IMG/VR virus record: IMGVR_UViG_3300045988_167837
Source: a virus
Taxonomy: Duplodnaviria; Heunggongvirae; Uroviricota; Caudoviricetes
DNA: 59,942 nt
Strand: one strand, 5' to 3'
Shown: positions 33,528-43,161 of the stretch, in pieces
Numbering within the stretch: the first letter of the stretch is position 1
How the letters are laid out: each line of letters opens with the position of its first letter
The notes under the pieces: generated by a model
Seen by the model: the letters and a program-made list of their open reading frames with translations, nothing else
Told to the model about the DNA's origin: nothing
Database searches by the model: none
Translations under genes and position numbers: made by a program

Positions 33528-35956
33528 TAGGCTTCTCCCTGAACTTCCGCCACTTTCACGCCTAATATTTGTGCAATCAAACCATCAGCCTTCTGCTCTA
33601 GATTGATAATGTCAGTTGCTACTTCTTCAAGACTACGTAATGGCTTATGCAGATAGAAATACTTATTGAAGCTGATTTCATAGCCAATTTTTACCGTATC
33701 TAGGTTTATCCATGCTTCATCGACATGAGGCTTCACTTCATCTAGGAAGTACTGGTAAATGCTTTGCTTTAATGGAACAGATTCTGTATCTCGCAGGTCT
33801 GAATTGGTCTCGTAAGTGATATACTCGCCTTTTTTACCGCCTTCTGCTGAAGGAACGGGGTAATAACCAAAATCTGGCAAGTCAGCGACTTCACACTCAT
33901 AGCGCTCCAGCAGGTCGTTTAATTTATCACCCGTTAATTTAACTACCTTTTTAACCACTTTCTTGGCGGTTTCGTCATACCAGCTCACCGCGTGAAGAAT
34001 GGCATTTTTCTCAGGTGCTGAAAGCTTAATAGCATGGGCTTTTAGCGATTTATCAACTTGGGTTTTAAAGCTATTGAAGTCATCAAATTCAATGCTACCG
34101 ATGTCAGCCATCAGCGTTTGTGCAGTTTCAAGCAATGCTTTTAGCGCCAGCCAGTGTTTCACATCAAGCAGTTTGGCCTTAGCCTTAGCATTGAGACTGA
34201 TGTCGTTATCTTCACACCAAGAAAGAATGTCTTTCTCGATGGATTTTAAGAAGCTCTTTTTCTGATCTGACCCGTAGCCAGTTTTTTCGTAAACACGTTC
34301 GCCGTGCTCTGCGTACACGTACTCCATCACTTCACTAAGTTGCTTATCAAAACGCAGTGGGGCTATGGCATCTTGAGTAAACTTGGCTTTGCGGCGATCT
34401 GGGCGCTCGATAGTGACTTTGTAGTAGCCAAAATCGTCATTGCTGAATACCTTACTGGCGATGCCAACAGGATCATTGTTTGCATCCAGTGCTCTTTCAA
34501 CATCCTTACACGCGAGGTAAGTATCGGTAATTTCCGTGATGTGCTCAGGCGCAAATTCGCAGTTTTTGTTACCTAAGTTCTTGCGCAACTTACGGTAGAG
34601 CAAGCTGGCATCAATTAATTGCACCTTACCTTTACGCGCCTCAGGTTTATTGTTGCTCAACACCCAAATGTAAGTGGTAATGCCAGTGTTATAGAACAGG
34701 TTATTAGGTAACTGAACGATGGCATCTAGCATGTCGTTTTCAATGATGAAGCGACGAATATTACTTTCACCACCGCCCGCATCTCCGGTAAAGAGCGATG
34801 AGCCGTTATGAACAGAGGCAATCCGGCTGCCTAATGGACTTACGCTCGGATCTTTCATCTTGTTGACCATCTCCATTAAGAAAAGCAGCTGGCCATCACT
34901 CGAACGTGGCGTGGCATCCACCACTTCGAGATTTCCCCAATAGTCTTTCAGGCTAACCTTAAAACGCGGGTCAATCACATCACTGCCGTCTTTAATGTAC
35001 TTCTGTTCAGACGCCCAACTCTTACCGTATGGCGGGTTAGACAACATAAAGTCAAAGCGTGAAGCCGCAAACTCGTCGGTAGACAAGGTTGAGCCTACCT
35101 TGATGTTCTCAGGGTTGTTACCTTTGATCATCATGTCCGATTTACAAATCGCGTAGGTCTCGTCATTGATCTCTTTGCCGTAAAGGTAAATATCTCGGCT
35201 GTCGTTCGGGTATTTCTCTTCAATGAAGTTTTGAGATTCAGTGAGCATACCACCGCTACCACACGCAGGGTCGTAAACGGTCATGGTCAATGGTAGCTGC
35301 TCTTTCACTGGGTCAAAAACCAAGTGTGTCATCAGCTCAATCACTTCCCTAGGTGTAAAGTGCTCACCGGCTTCTTCGTTATTCTCCTCGTTGAACTTAC
35401 GGATCAACTCTTCGAACACGTACCCCATACCCAGGTTAGTAAGGGCTGGCATCTTGTTGCCATCTGGGTCTTCGATCGTTTCATGAGTTAAGTTGATGTA
35501 AGGGGAAACAAACTTTTCGACGACATCAAGAAGGACTTGCTTTGAGGCCATGTGACGAATTTGCAACTTGAGGTTAAAGCATTCAATGATTTCTTTAACA
35601 TTATCGCTAAAGCCAAGCAGGTACTCTTCAAAGTTGGCGAGTAATATCTGTTGGTTATTCGTTGCGGTGTTGAACAGGGATTTCAGGGTCCATTTAGATG
35701 TATTGTAAAAAACATAACCACTAGCCGCCTTCAATGGTTCATCATCAAGCTCCGTGGCTTGCATCTCTTCTTTTTGGAACTTGACCTCTTCAAGCACGGC
35801 TTCTTTGGTGGGTTCAAGTAACGTATCTAAACGTCGTAATACCACCATAGGTAAAATCACATCGCGGTACTTACCGCGAACGTACACATCACGTAAACAG
35901 TCGTCGGCAATGTTCCATATAAATGAGATGAGCTTGTTATGTACACTATGATCCAT
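33527..35956 (-). CDS. hsdM: type I restriction-modification methyltransferase subunit (unusually long, about 810 aa)
   Basis: N6-adenine MTase motifs DPACGSGGML (motif I) and LSNPPYG (motif IV); start set at MDHSV with AGGAAAAG RBS (ORF track 33527..35992). Confidence 0.85.
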   Translation of the reverse strand: MDHSVHNKLISFIWNIADDCLRDVYVRGKYRDVILPMVVLRRLDTLLEPTKEAVLEEVKFQKEEMQATELDDEPLKAASGYVFYNTSKWTLKSLFNTATNNQQILLANFEEYLLGFSDNVKEIIECFNLKLQIRHMASKQVLLDVVEKFVSPYINLTHETIEDPDGNKMPALTNLGMGYVFEELIRKFNEENNEEAGEHFTPREVIELMTHLVFDPVKEQLPLTMTVYDPACGSGGMLTESQNFIEEKYPNDSRDIYLYGKEINDETYAICKSDMMIKGNNPENIKVGSTLSTDEFAASRFDFMLSNPPYGKSWASEQKYIKDGSDVIDPRFKVSLKDYWGNLEVVDATPRSSDGQLLFLMEMVNKMKDPSVSPLGSRIASVHNGSSLFTGDAGGGESNIRRFIIENDMLDAIVQLPNNLFYNTGITTYIWVLSNNKPEARKGKVQLIDASLLYRKLRKNLGNKNCEFAPEHITEITDTYLACKDVERALDANNDPVGIASKVFSNDDFGYYKVTIERPDRRKAKFTQDAIAPLRFDKQLSEVMEYVYAEHGERVYEKTGYGSDQKKSFLKSIEKDILSWCEDNDISLNAKAKAKLLDVKHWLALKALLETAQTLMADIGSIEFDDFNSFKTQVDKSLKAHAIKLSAPEKNAILHAVSWYDETAKKVVKKVVKLTGDKLNDLLERYECEVADLPDFGYYPVPSAEGGKKGEYITYETNSDLRDTESVPLKQSIYQYFLDEVKPHVDEAWINLDTVKIGYEISFNKYFYLHKPLRSLEEVATDIINLEQKADGLIAQILGVKVAEVQGEA

Positions 35957-36114
35957 TTTCTTTTCCTGTTCAGTGTTGGTTGCACCCCACAAAGTTGCTG
36001 CAACGGCTTCACTATAAATTTAAAATTCTGTTCTTTCTGTAACGCCTAAATGGCCTCTACATCGTTCGATTAACTTGTTCTACCCGGCGCTAGATTTAAG
36101 TTTATGACACCATA

Positions 36115-36163
36115 AAGTGAATCGCCACAGGTTTAATAGACTGAATCGCCACAGGTTTAACAG
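36115..36163. repeat. tandem direct repeat (2 copies, about 24 bp) in hsdM upstream region
   Basis: GTGAATCGCCACAGGTTTAATAGAC / TGAATCGCCACAGGTTTAACAGAC. Confidence 0.4.
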
Positions 36164-36188
36164 ACACCTCAGAGTCATTTAAGATGAC

Positions 36189-36380
36189 TTAAAGAGAGGT
36201 GTACAGCTCGGTATTCAGACCAGTCCACTGACGGCCAACGCCGACAACTTCACCGATACCTTTGTCTTCACCCAATTTGTTTACTTTGATGCCAACGTAC
36301 CCAGGCTCAACACGATCGCAGCCTGTAAGACCCATTGTGCAAACAGCAGCCACGATCACTGCCAGTAAACCTTTCTTCAT
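36189..36380 (-). CDS. small lipoprotein (63 aa)
   Basis: Signal peptide with lipobox LTGC. Confidence 0.5.
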   Translation of the reverse strand: MKKGLLAVIVAAVCTMGLTGCDRVEPGYVGIKVNKLGEDKGIGEVVGVGRQWTGLNTELYTSL

Positions 36381-36383
36381 TAC

Positions 36384-36584
36384 TTACTTCCCCTTCGAAT
36401 TAATTAGTGACTTCAGAAAGTTACGACCAACATTAAAGCCGATAACAGGAGCGCCAAAAGCAACAATGATTCCAAGCATTACGGCAATATCGCTTTTAGC
36501 CGAGATCAGCGACGGAACCAGCAAACAGTAGATGAAAACTACAGATATACCTGTAGCCACTGCCATCAGATAGAGTTTGATCAT
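36384..36584 (-). CDS. small hydrophobic membrane protein (66 aa)
   Basis: Two predicted hydrophobic helices; CATGTGTTTTCC start context shared with other genes. Confidence 0.4.
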   Translation of the reverse strand: MIKLYLMAVATGISVVFIYCLLVPSLISAKSDIAVMLGIIVAFGAPVIGFNVGRNFLKSLINSKGK

Positions 36585-36650
36585 GTGTTTTCCTATGTGG
36601 CTATTGTGTGTAGATGGTGAGTAAGTGTTTATATATTTTCAAGGTATAAA

Positions 36651-36668
36651 GGCGTCCATTCGGACGCC
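36651..36668 (-). terminator. hairpin downstream of recA-like gene
   Basis: GGCGTCC-ATTC-GGACGCC immediately after recA stop. Confidence 0.4.
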
Positions 36669-36674
36669 TGAAAA

Positions 36675-39014
36675 TTAATCTTCTAATTCATCTGTCGGTG
36701 ATGTCTTCTCGCGCCTGTCATCTATTGCCTGTAACGCAGCAATGATTTCAGCTAATGGCTTCTCCCGGTACATCTCGACGATCTGTGATTTGGTGTATTT
36801 CTTCTCGCCAATTTCCACACGCCCGCTGGCGCTCTTGGGCAGGTATCCTTCCTCCAGCATGTATTCAACCAGAGACTCGACGACGTCCAGCCCGCGAGTC
36901 GGGTCGAAGTAGAATTTCCATGAGCATTTGCCAAACGGAGGCGCGACTTTGTTTTTAATGCACTCGGCGCCAACGTCCTGTCCGATCTTCTCTTTGCCAT
37001 CCTTCATGACGGATGCACCCAGACGGATGCGCACCGACGCGTAGAACTTCGGAGAGTCGCCACCCGGAGACGTAGTCGGATCGCCAAACATCACACCAAT
37101 TTTGGTACGCACCTGGTTCAAGAAGATGATGCACGCGTTGTACTTACGCGCCCAAAGCGCCAGAGTAGGGAAGTTCGCACTTGTCGCGCGCGCCAGCGCC
37201 GTGTTGTCGTTCATGTTCAGCTGATCTTTGTCTTTCGCAGTGCCTTCTGCCATCTTGTCGAACTTCTCAGCCTTCGAGTTCGGAACCATCGACGCCAGAG
37301 AGTCGGCTACGATGCAGATAGGGGCTGTTTCCGGAATAAGCTCTTCGTCGCGCACCAGCTTGAGGATTGTGCCGATCAGCTCTACGGAGTCTTCGAAGGT
37401 ATCCGGCTGTTTGTAGACCCACTGACCGTCATCCTCATCTGCGTTCAGGCCATTGGCTACAGCCAGGCCAACGTCAAAACTGTTTTCATGATCGAGGAAT
37501 ACCGCCAGACCATCTTGTTTTTGAGCGGAGATCATCGCTGCTGTTGCAAGGAATGTGTTGTGGCTGATAATCCCGTTAGACCAGAAAGAGTGTGTTTCCG
37601 GCATCGCTACGTCGAACGTTGGTGCTTCACCTTCCTCAATAGCCACGACTTCGTCGTAGAACAAGTTAGAGCCAATTACCGCTGCCAGTTGTGCAAACAG
37701 ATGCTCGTTAAAACGATTCTTTCTGCCAATGAAGGAGACATAGATTTCTCGCAGTTTGTCTATTCCGACACGATCGCCGCGGCCAATAACGTGGTCTACC
37801 AGAGCGTAGTCTTCACGGGTGGTCTTGGTGAGCGACTCGTAGAGTGATTTCACTAAGCCGCTGATGTGCGGAACATAGCCTGAGTAAGTGCGGTCAAAAC
37901 CAATGTCCCGTTTGGTTGCCACTGATAAACGTGCCGGAGATTCGAAACCAATCGTTGACAGAAAAAGGTCGTAATTAGAGCCACTGAATGACAGCCGGTA
38001 ATATGTATTTTCATAACCCGCGACGTGTTTTTCAGAGATAGTTGACGTAATCCCCAGATTCAGGAGCATGAGGCGAATTTGCTGTAGCAGCAGCCCACTC
38101 GCGCTCACAACCTCAATGCAGCGACCATCATTGACGTGGCATTCCAGCTCAAAGTAGCCGCGAAGGAATGCAATTTGAGCCTCGCTATTGGCGCGACGCA
38201 CACTCAACGGAACCTGCTTGCCAGCAGCTTTCTCATACTCCAGACCATATTCTTTAAAAAGCAGCGAACGCACCTCTTTGCTAAACAGCACATGGTCTTC
38301 CGAGCCGTTATGTTTTCTCGTAACTGGCATCTTGTCTGATACCAGCGAAATGAGGCGGTAGTACTCATCCTTGATGAAAGGATCTGTGTTAGAAAAATTC
38401 ACTGAATTTTCAGAGGCGACGTATCCGTCAGCAATTAAATAGCCCATCAGTTTTGCGATATTGGCATCCAGGTGCTGATCGCCGAATTGATGTGTGCCAA
38501 CCATTGAAGGAATCGTGTCGCCTACACTGATTTTTTCAGCATGTCGCCAGACGACATTACCTAAGTCGTCAACCACACGGATTGGGTGACGGAACGTAGC
38601 CTCGATATAACCGCCTGATGCCAGCTTAATACGCTTGAATTTGCGACGGTTGTTCCATGTCAGGTGTGAGGTCTTCTCTATCACGCCATTTTCATTGATG
38701 AGTCCAACGTTATGCTCTACATCGCGAGTAGTGCATGTCGCTTTGTACCCTTCAATCTCAAACAACTCTTTCACTGTTACCATTCCACGCTCCGTCAGCA
38801 GCATGGTGTCTGCGGTAACACATTTCCCTGCACTTGGAGGACCGAATACTTCGACGATACGACCACATGGGAAGCCGCCATCGTAACGACCAGAAATAGC
38901 TTTGTTTAACGGTGGAAAGCCTGTATCAATCCAATGAGTTACTTTCTGAATTTCGTCGTTGCTACCGATTTTCTTTTTCAGAGCAAGTGCCAGTGCGGAT
39001 TTTCCTTTTGCCAT
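36675..39014 (-). CDS. recA: RecA-family recombinase containing an in-frame intein
   Basis: Exteins align with remembered RecA (GRIVEVFGPPSAGK / TFLATAAM..., IIFLNQVRTKIGVMFGDPTTSPGGDSPKFYASVR, KNKVAPPF); 422-aa insertion between Lys64 and Thr of the Walker A motif. Confidence 0.85.
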   Translation of the reverse strand: MAKGKSALALALKKKIGSNDEIQKVTHWIDTGFPPLNKAISGRYDGGFPCGRIVEVFGPPSAGKCVTADTMLLTERGMVTVKELFEIEGYKATCTTRDVEHNVGLINENGVIEKTSHLTWNNRRKFKRIKLASGGYIEATFRHPIRVVDDLGNVVWRHAEKISVGDTIPSMVGTHQFGDQHLDANIAKLMGYLIADGYVASENSVNFSNTDPFIKDEYYRLISLVSDKMPVTRKHNGSEDHVLFSKEVRSLLFKEYGLEYEKAAGKQVPLSVRRANSEAQIAFLRGYFELECHVNDGRCIEVVSASGLLLQQIRLMLLNLGITSTISEKHVAGYENTYYRLSFSGSNYDLFLSTIGFESPARLSVATKRDIGFDRTYSGYVPHISGLVKSLYESLTKTTREDYALVDHVIGRGDRVGIDKLREIYVSFIGRKNRFNEHLFAQLAAVIGSNLFYDEVVAIEEGEAPTFDVAMPETHSFWSNGIISHNTFLATAAMISAQKQDGLAVFLDHENSFDVGLAVANGLNADEDDGQWVYKQPDTFEDSVELIGTILKLVRDEELIPETAPICIVADSLASMVPNSKAEKFDKMAEGTAKDKDQLNMNDNTALARATSANFPTLALWARKYNACIIFLNQVRTKIGVMFGDPTTSPGGDSPKFYASVRIRLGASVMKDGKEKIGQDVGAECIKNKVAPPFGKCSWKFYFDPTRGLDVVESLVEYMLEEGYLPKSASGRVEIGEKKYTKSQIVEMYREKPLAEIIAALQAIDDRREKTSPTDELED
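37557..38822 (-). other. intein (422 aa) with LAGLIDADG homing-endonuclease domain, inserted in RecA P-loop
   Basis: Starts with Cys (codon 38820-38822; CVTADTMLL), has TFRHP block-B-like motif, LMGYLIADGYV and FLRGYFELECHV motifs, ends ...SNGIISHN (Asn codon 37557-37559) followed by Thr. Confidence 0.8.
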
Positions 39015-39016
39015 GA

Positions 39017-39289
39017 TCAGGCTCCTTTTGTTTCGTTGATTCGTTTTAAAGCGGCGGATTCATCGAATACAATCGCATCGTGGTTAAGGAGTCTGGATAC
39101 ACGAGCGAGGATTTTTACGACCTGCTCGCTGACTAATCCAAACTCGCGATCTGTCGCTTTCATTCCGGCAGCGCCTAGAATTGACGGCAGTGCGATGACA
39201 GCGTACTCACCGTGATAAAAGACAATCTCTTTTGCCAGTTGGGCAGGGGTGGTTGTAGCGCCATTAATAATTGATTTAAGCATTAGCAA
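39017..39289 (-). CDS. hypothetical protein (90 aa)
   Basis: ORF between flap-endonuclease and recA genes. Confidence 0.35.
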   Translation of the reverse strand: MLMLKSIINGATTTPAQLAKEIVFYHGEYAVIALPSILGAAGMKATDREFGLVSEQVVKILARVSRLLNHDAIVFDESAALKRINETKGA

Positions 39290-40278
39290 TACCTTTCGAA
39301 TGGAAGAACATACACTTCAAGGTCTTCAAGGAACGAACGGAAATTCAGCTCGTAGCACAGTTGCTCGAATGCTTTCACGTCACGATTGCCTTTGATTGTT
39401 TCGATTTCGGTAGGCGGAAACTTCGTCTCAATCAGGTTCATTAGCGTGATGTTTCTCTTGAACGCTTCGAGCATTCGACAGCCTGTTTTCTCGTTGAAGG
39501 CATTCTTCGCTAGTTTGTTGAAGGCGGTCTTATGGCGTCCTTTGTCAACCACGATTGAGCCGTCGTTGATGCCGCGTACCATCGTTGCGACACTTCCCCA
39601 TTCATGCAGCAGCTCTTTCGCACCGCCAGCACCAATGCCACCAACACCGCTAATGTTGTCCGATTTATCGCCTTGTAATGCTTTTGCTTCCAAAAATGCG
39701 CGAGGAGTAGCGAATCCTGTCAGCTCCGCAAATTGCTCAAAATTAACCTGCTTGTTTTTGGCGTCTTCACGCAGGCTTACCCAGCTTACGTTTTCACGAA
39801 CTAACTGAAGCCAGTCGCTATCGCCTGTTAACAGATAGATGTGTTCAACGGTTGGCTGCGGTGCCATGCGGGATACCAGCAGCCCGGCCAGATCATCCGC
39901 TTCTGCATCTTTTGCAATGAGTTGGGTAACTCCAAGCGCGGTCATCATTTTGAGGATGTATGGCTTCTGGATAGCAAAGCCTTCCTTCATCTTTTTCATA
40001 TCAGGATCGTCGTCGCGATTTGCTTTGTAGTCCGGGTAAAAGTCGCGACGCTTGTCACTAAATCCATCCCAAAGAATCATAGGTCGGGCATGGAGGATGG
40101 AGGCATAACGACGGACGTTCTTAACAAAGCCGAAAGCAGCCTGTACTTCCATTTCGCCGTTGTGCAATTTGTCAGATTGTTGGTGGTAATAACCCAGGCT
40201 ATTGCCATCTACGAAGAGATAATTCACCGGTACATTCCTTCCAAAAAGTAAGGCGTCCGTAGACGCCTTACTGGTCAC
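39283..40278 (-). CDS. 5'-3' exonuclease / flap endonuclease
   Basis: N-terminal LFVDGNSLGYY and ADDL...TGDSDWLQL motifs typical of the 5' nuclease family, C-terminal GIGAGGAKELL helix-hairpin-helix-like region. Confidence 0.75.
   Translation of the reverse strand: MTSKASTDALLFGRNVPVNYLFVDGNSLGYYHQQSDKLHNGEMEVQAAFGFVKNVRRYASILHARPMILWDGFSDKRRDFYPDYKANRDDDPDMKKMKEGFAIQKPYILKMMTALGVTQLIAKDAEADDLAGLLVSRMAPQPTVEHIYLLTGDSDWLQLVRENVSWVSLREDAKNKQVNFEQFAELTGFATPRAFLEAKALQGDKSDNISGVGGIGAGGAKELLHEWGSVATMVRGINDGSIVVDKGRHKTAFNKLAKNAFNEKTGCRMLEAFKRNITLMNLIETKFPPTEIETIKGNRDVKAFEQLCYELNFRSFLEDLEVYVLPFERYC
40250..40270 (-). terminator. rho-independent terminator after SSB-like gene
   Basis: AAGGCGTC-CGTAG-ACGCCTT followed on minus strand by ACTTTTTGG. 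Confidence 0.5.
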
Positions 40279-40287
40279 GTAATGGGA

Positions 40288-41316
40288 TTACAGAGAGTCC
40301 AGCTCTCTCAGTAGGTCATCCAGACCTTCATCTTCCGTCGCAGATGCGGCTGCTACAGATGTCGTTGCGACTGCTTCAGACTCTTTGACTGATACTGCAA
40401 CGGCAGCGGGACTTGCTTCTGGTTTAAATTCAGTTTCAACGGCACGGAGGATTTCTTCATCAACCAGACTGGTTGGTTCAGAAGCTGGGGTATGAGCGGT
40501 AGCTACAGCAGTCGCACCCTCCGTATGACCAGTGACAGAGCCAAATCCAGGTAGTGCCGCAGCCGATGTTTTCGCGGTTGAGGAAATTGCTGGTGCAGAT
40601 GCTGCGGCAGTTGGTGCAGCGATGCCAATCAGACGACCCATAGTGCGAACTGTCGACAGAAGACGAGTTTCATCAGCCTGATTTGCGTATGCGATCAGAT
40701 CATGCTGGGTATTCCAGAATTTATCTTCGATATCGCCTTTGTAGACTTTACGCTTAGGCGAGACGTCATATTTGGTATCGCGACCAGAGCCAGTACGTTT
40801 AATCAGGAATGCGTAGCCTTCCTCTTTGCTCAGTGGATTGCCGATATCATCAGCGATGTCTTCGGTGATTGCTTTGCAGATATCATCGAATACAGTAGAC
40901 GGCAGCTCGATTAACTGGCATTTCTCAGCATCTGCGAAATCCTCACGAGCAGAAAGAATGCCGTTGACCAGGTAGCGAGGAGTGGCACGCATTTGACCGA
41001 TGCGTTCTTCCATTGCTTTGTTACCCTTGTGACGAGCGCGACCTTCCATCACCATTTCGCATAGCTGACAAGCGCGACCGTGAGTATGTTGCTCACAAAT
41101 ATAAGCGTTGGTTGCTTCTTTACCTTCCTCGTTCTGATACTTAACGTAGTGCATACCGAAAGTCTGGAAGAACTTACCGTTTGGGTCGTCTTTATTCGGG
41201 AAGATGCGGATATAGTTGACGCCGTCTTTTAAGCGAGTCAGATCAACGTTGTTACCACGTTTGGCGGCAATGTCTTCACGAGTTTTGTTAAGCAAATCAA
41301 GTAATGTCTTAGACAT
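40288..41316 (-). CDS. putative single-stranded DNA-binding protein (gp32-like) with acidic C-terminal tail
   Basis: Cys/His cluster (CEQHTHGRACQLC), Ala/Ser/Thr-rich linker and acidic C-terminus EDEGLDDLLRELDSL typical of SSB interaction tails. Confidence 0.45.
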   Translation of the reverse strand: MSKTLLDLLNKTREDIAAKRGNNVDLTRLKDGVNYIRIFPNKDDPNGKFFQTFGMHYVKYQNEEGKEATNAYICEQHTHGRACQLCEMVMEGRARHKGNKAMEERIGQMRATPRYLVNGILSAREDFADAEKCQLIELPSTVFDDICKAITEDIADDIGNPLSKEEGYAFLIKRTGSGRDTKYDVSPKRKVYKGDIEDKFWNTQHDLIAYANQADETRLLSTVRTMGRLIGIAAPTAAASAPAISSTAKTSAAALPGFGSVTGHTEGATAVATAHTPASEPTSLVDEEILRAVETEFKPEASPAAVAVSVKESEAVATTSVAAASATEDEGLDDLLRELDSL

Positions 41317-41433
41317 GTGTTTCTCCTTGTTGTGATTTGGCCGATGGCGCTATGCGCGTTGGGCTTTCGTTCATTCGTGGCTCTTTCGAGCTGTTAAATG
41401 ATAGATCAGTACTTACTTATTATCTATCAAAAA

Positions 41434-41889
41434 TCAACGGGGAGTAATAAAGCGTTCAGAGCCTAATCGCTCTAATTCAACGATGGCCATCTTTGACGCC
41501 TGAACGATCATGTCTCGGCGATGCGAAAAGGCGGCGACAGCATGTTTGTATATGTCTGCGATGTGCCGTGCTTCATCCAACTTCTGCCTTTTAGACAGAT
41601 ACTGTGGGTTTGTTTTAACCTTAGCGTCCAGTACAGATTCGTTGAACTTAATGCCGTTCATACTCAAGTTCTTACGCTCTGTGTCGTATAGCTTTGCTTC
41701 AACAGCTTCAAGGTTAAGTTTTGCCTCTGCGACACTTCTTTCTGCATGAGCGAGTTTTGAGCCATACTCCATTAAAAGGCGGGGTTGTCTACGCCAGACT
41801 TCCTCCAGATTGTCTCGGTCAAACTCGAGATCAGACATTATTTTCTCGTAAATATCGGCGATCATGCACATTTCCTTATCACTTATCAT
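41434..41889 (-). CDS. hypothetical protein (151 aa)
   Basis: ORF with coiled-coil-like composition. Confidence 0.45.
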   Translation of the reverse strand: MISDKEMCMIADIYEKIMSDLEFDRDNLEEVWRRQPRLLMEYGSKLAHAERSVAEAKLNLEAVEAKLYDTERKNLSMNGIKFNESVLDAKVKTNPQYLSKRQKLDEARHIADIYKHAVAAFSHRRDMIVQASKMAIVELERLGSERFITPR

Positions 41890-41962
41890 TTTGTATTGAT
41901 TATATCATTGTAATGATGAGGCAATGAGCTTGAAGATAGGGGGGGTGAGGGGATAAGGGAAA

Positions 41963-41983
41963 ACATGGCCTTTATGGCCATGT
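41963..41983 (-). terminator. hairpin after dnaE C-terminal gene
   Basis: ACATGGCC-TTTA-TGGCCATGT with T-rich flank on the minus strand. Confidence 0.45.
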
Positions 41984-41991
41984 TTATTGGA

Positions 41992-43161
41992 TCACGTCTT
42001 AATAGTTTCTGCTACGTCGGCTAATATCGCTTCTAGTCGTTCTCCCTCTTCAGGTCTGAAGTAAAGAATGTTGGGGTTAAACCCGTAAAAGACAGTAACG
42101 TCAAGGTCTGGAAGATACTCCTTCCTGCCGACCAAATCGGATGGCTTGTTTTTGTTGTTAAACAATGAAGTTGCCCGGCTGCCACACGTCAGCACATAGG
42201 TCGGACGCACCAGATTGATCTCTTCACGCATAAAGTCGGTGAACTGGCCGATCTCGTCTTTGGTGTAGTCTTTTTCTTTGTCTTTAACCTTCTTGCAAAC
42301 ACCTGTGACATAGAGATCGCCCATGCGTAAATCTCCAGCCGTCAATAGCTTGGCCTTAAAGTCGTCGTATCCGTTCTCCATAAAGTAACCGGTTCGAGCA
42401 TCATTGCCGTTCGCATTGTCCAGAATGATCATGATTTTCGGCTTAATACCAATGCTGGGGCGGATTAGTTCATCACCTAAGCCCATTTCAGCCGCCATCC
42501 GCGTCATGAGTACGTTAATTTCAGCCGAACGTTTGGGGTTCATCTCAAACGGACGTGAGGCTTTAACTGCGTCTATGACAAGGTTTCCCATCAATTCAGC
42601 CTGGTCGCGTAGGCGCTCTGGATCAGTTGCTGGCAGACTGCCTGGCTCGATGGATGCAAACGCCCCTACTTTTTGCAGCGATTCGCGCACTCGACTATTA
42701 CAGGCACGTTTCTCGACAGCTTCTTCGAATTGCGCCAGTGACTCGAATTTGCCGCCAACTTTTTCTCGCGCTCTCATGATGGCTTGGCAGCCATTCTCAG
42801 AACACCCCTTCACAGCAGAGAAGGGCGCATACAGCACCTGGCTGCCATCTTCAAGCGTGCGGATCTCGATTCGGTTAGATGACACGTTAACGTCTGGTGG
42901 CAATACGCGAATGCCATAGGTCAGCGCATCTTTAACCAGCCCCTGGTGTTTATCTTCGCCAAGAATAGTGAGAGCAGCAGCGAAAAACTCTGCGGGATAA
43001 TGAGTTTTCAACCACATAGATTGATAACTGATTAAGGAGTAAGCAACAGAGTGTGATTTGTTGAAGGCATACGCGCCGGATTTCTCAAACATATTCCAGA
43101 TTTCTTCGGCTCGTTCGTGCGTCAGGCCATTGCTCTCTTCGACAACACCGGTAATTTTCAT
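41992..43161 (-). CDS. dnaE: DNA polymerase III alpha (DnaE-type), C-terminal fragment with own start codon
   Basis: Begins MKITGVVEESNGLTHERAEEIWNMFEKSGAYAFNKSHSVAYSLISYQSMWLKTHYPAEFF, the conserved DnaE finger motif; ATG overlaps stop of HNH gene. Confidence 0.8.
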   Translation of the reverse strand: MKITGVVEESNGLTHERAEEIWNMFEKSGAYAFNKSHSVAYSLISYQSMWLKTHYPAEFFAAALTILGEDKHQGLVKDALTYGIRVLPPDVNVSSNRIEIRTLEDGSQVLYAPFSAVKGCSENGCQAIMRAREKVGGKFESLAQFEEAVEKRACNSRVRESLQKVGAFASIEPGSLPATDPERLRDQAELMGNLVIDAVKASRPFEMNPKRSAEINVLMTRMAAEMGLGDELIRPSIGIKPKIMIILDNANGNDARTGYFMENGYDDFKAKLLTAGDLRMGDLYVTGVCKKVKDKEKDYTKDEIGQFTDFMREEINLVRPTYVLTCGSRATSLFNNKNKPSDLVGRKEYLPDLDVTVFYGFNPNILYFRPEEGERLEAILADVAETIKT

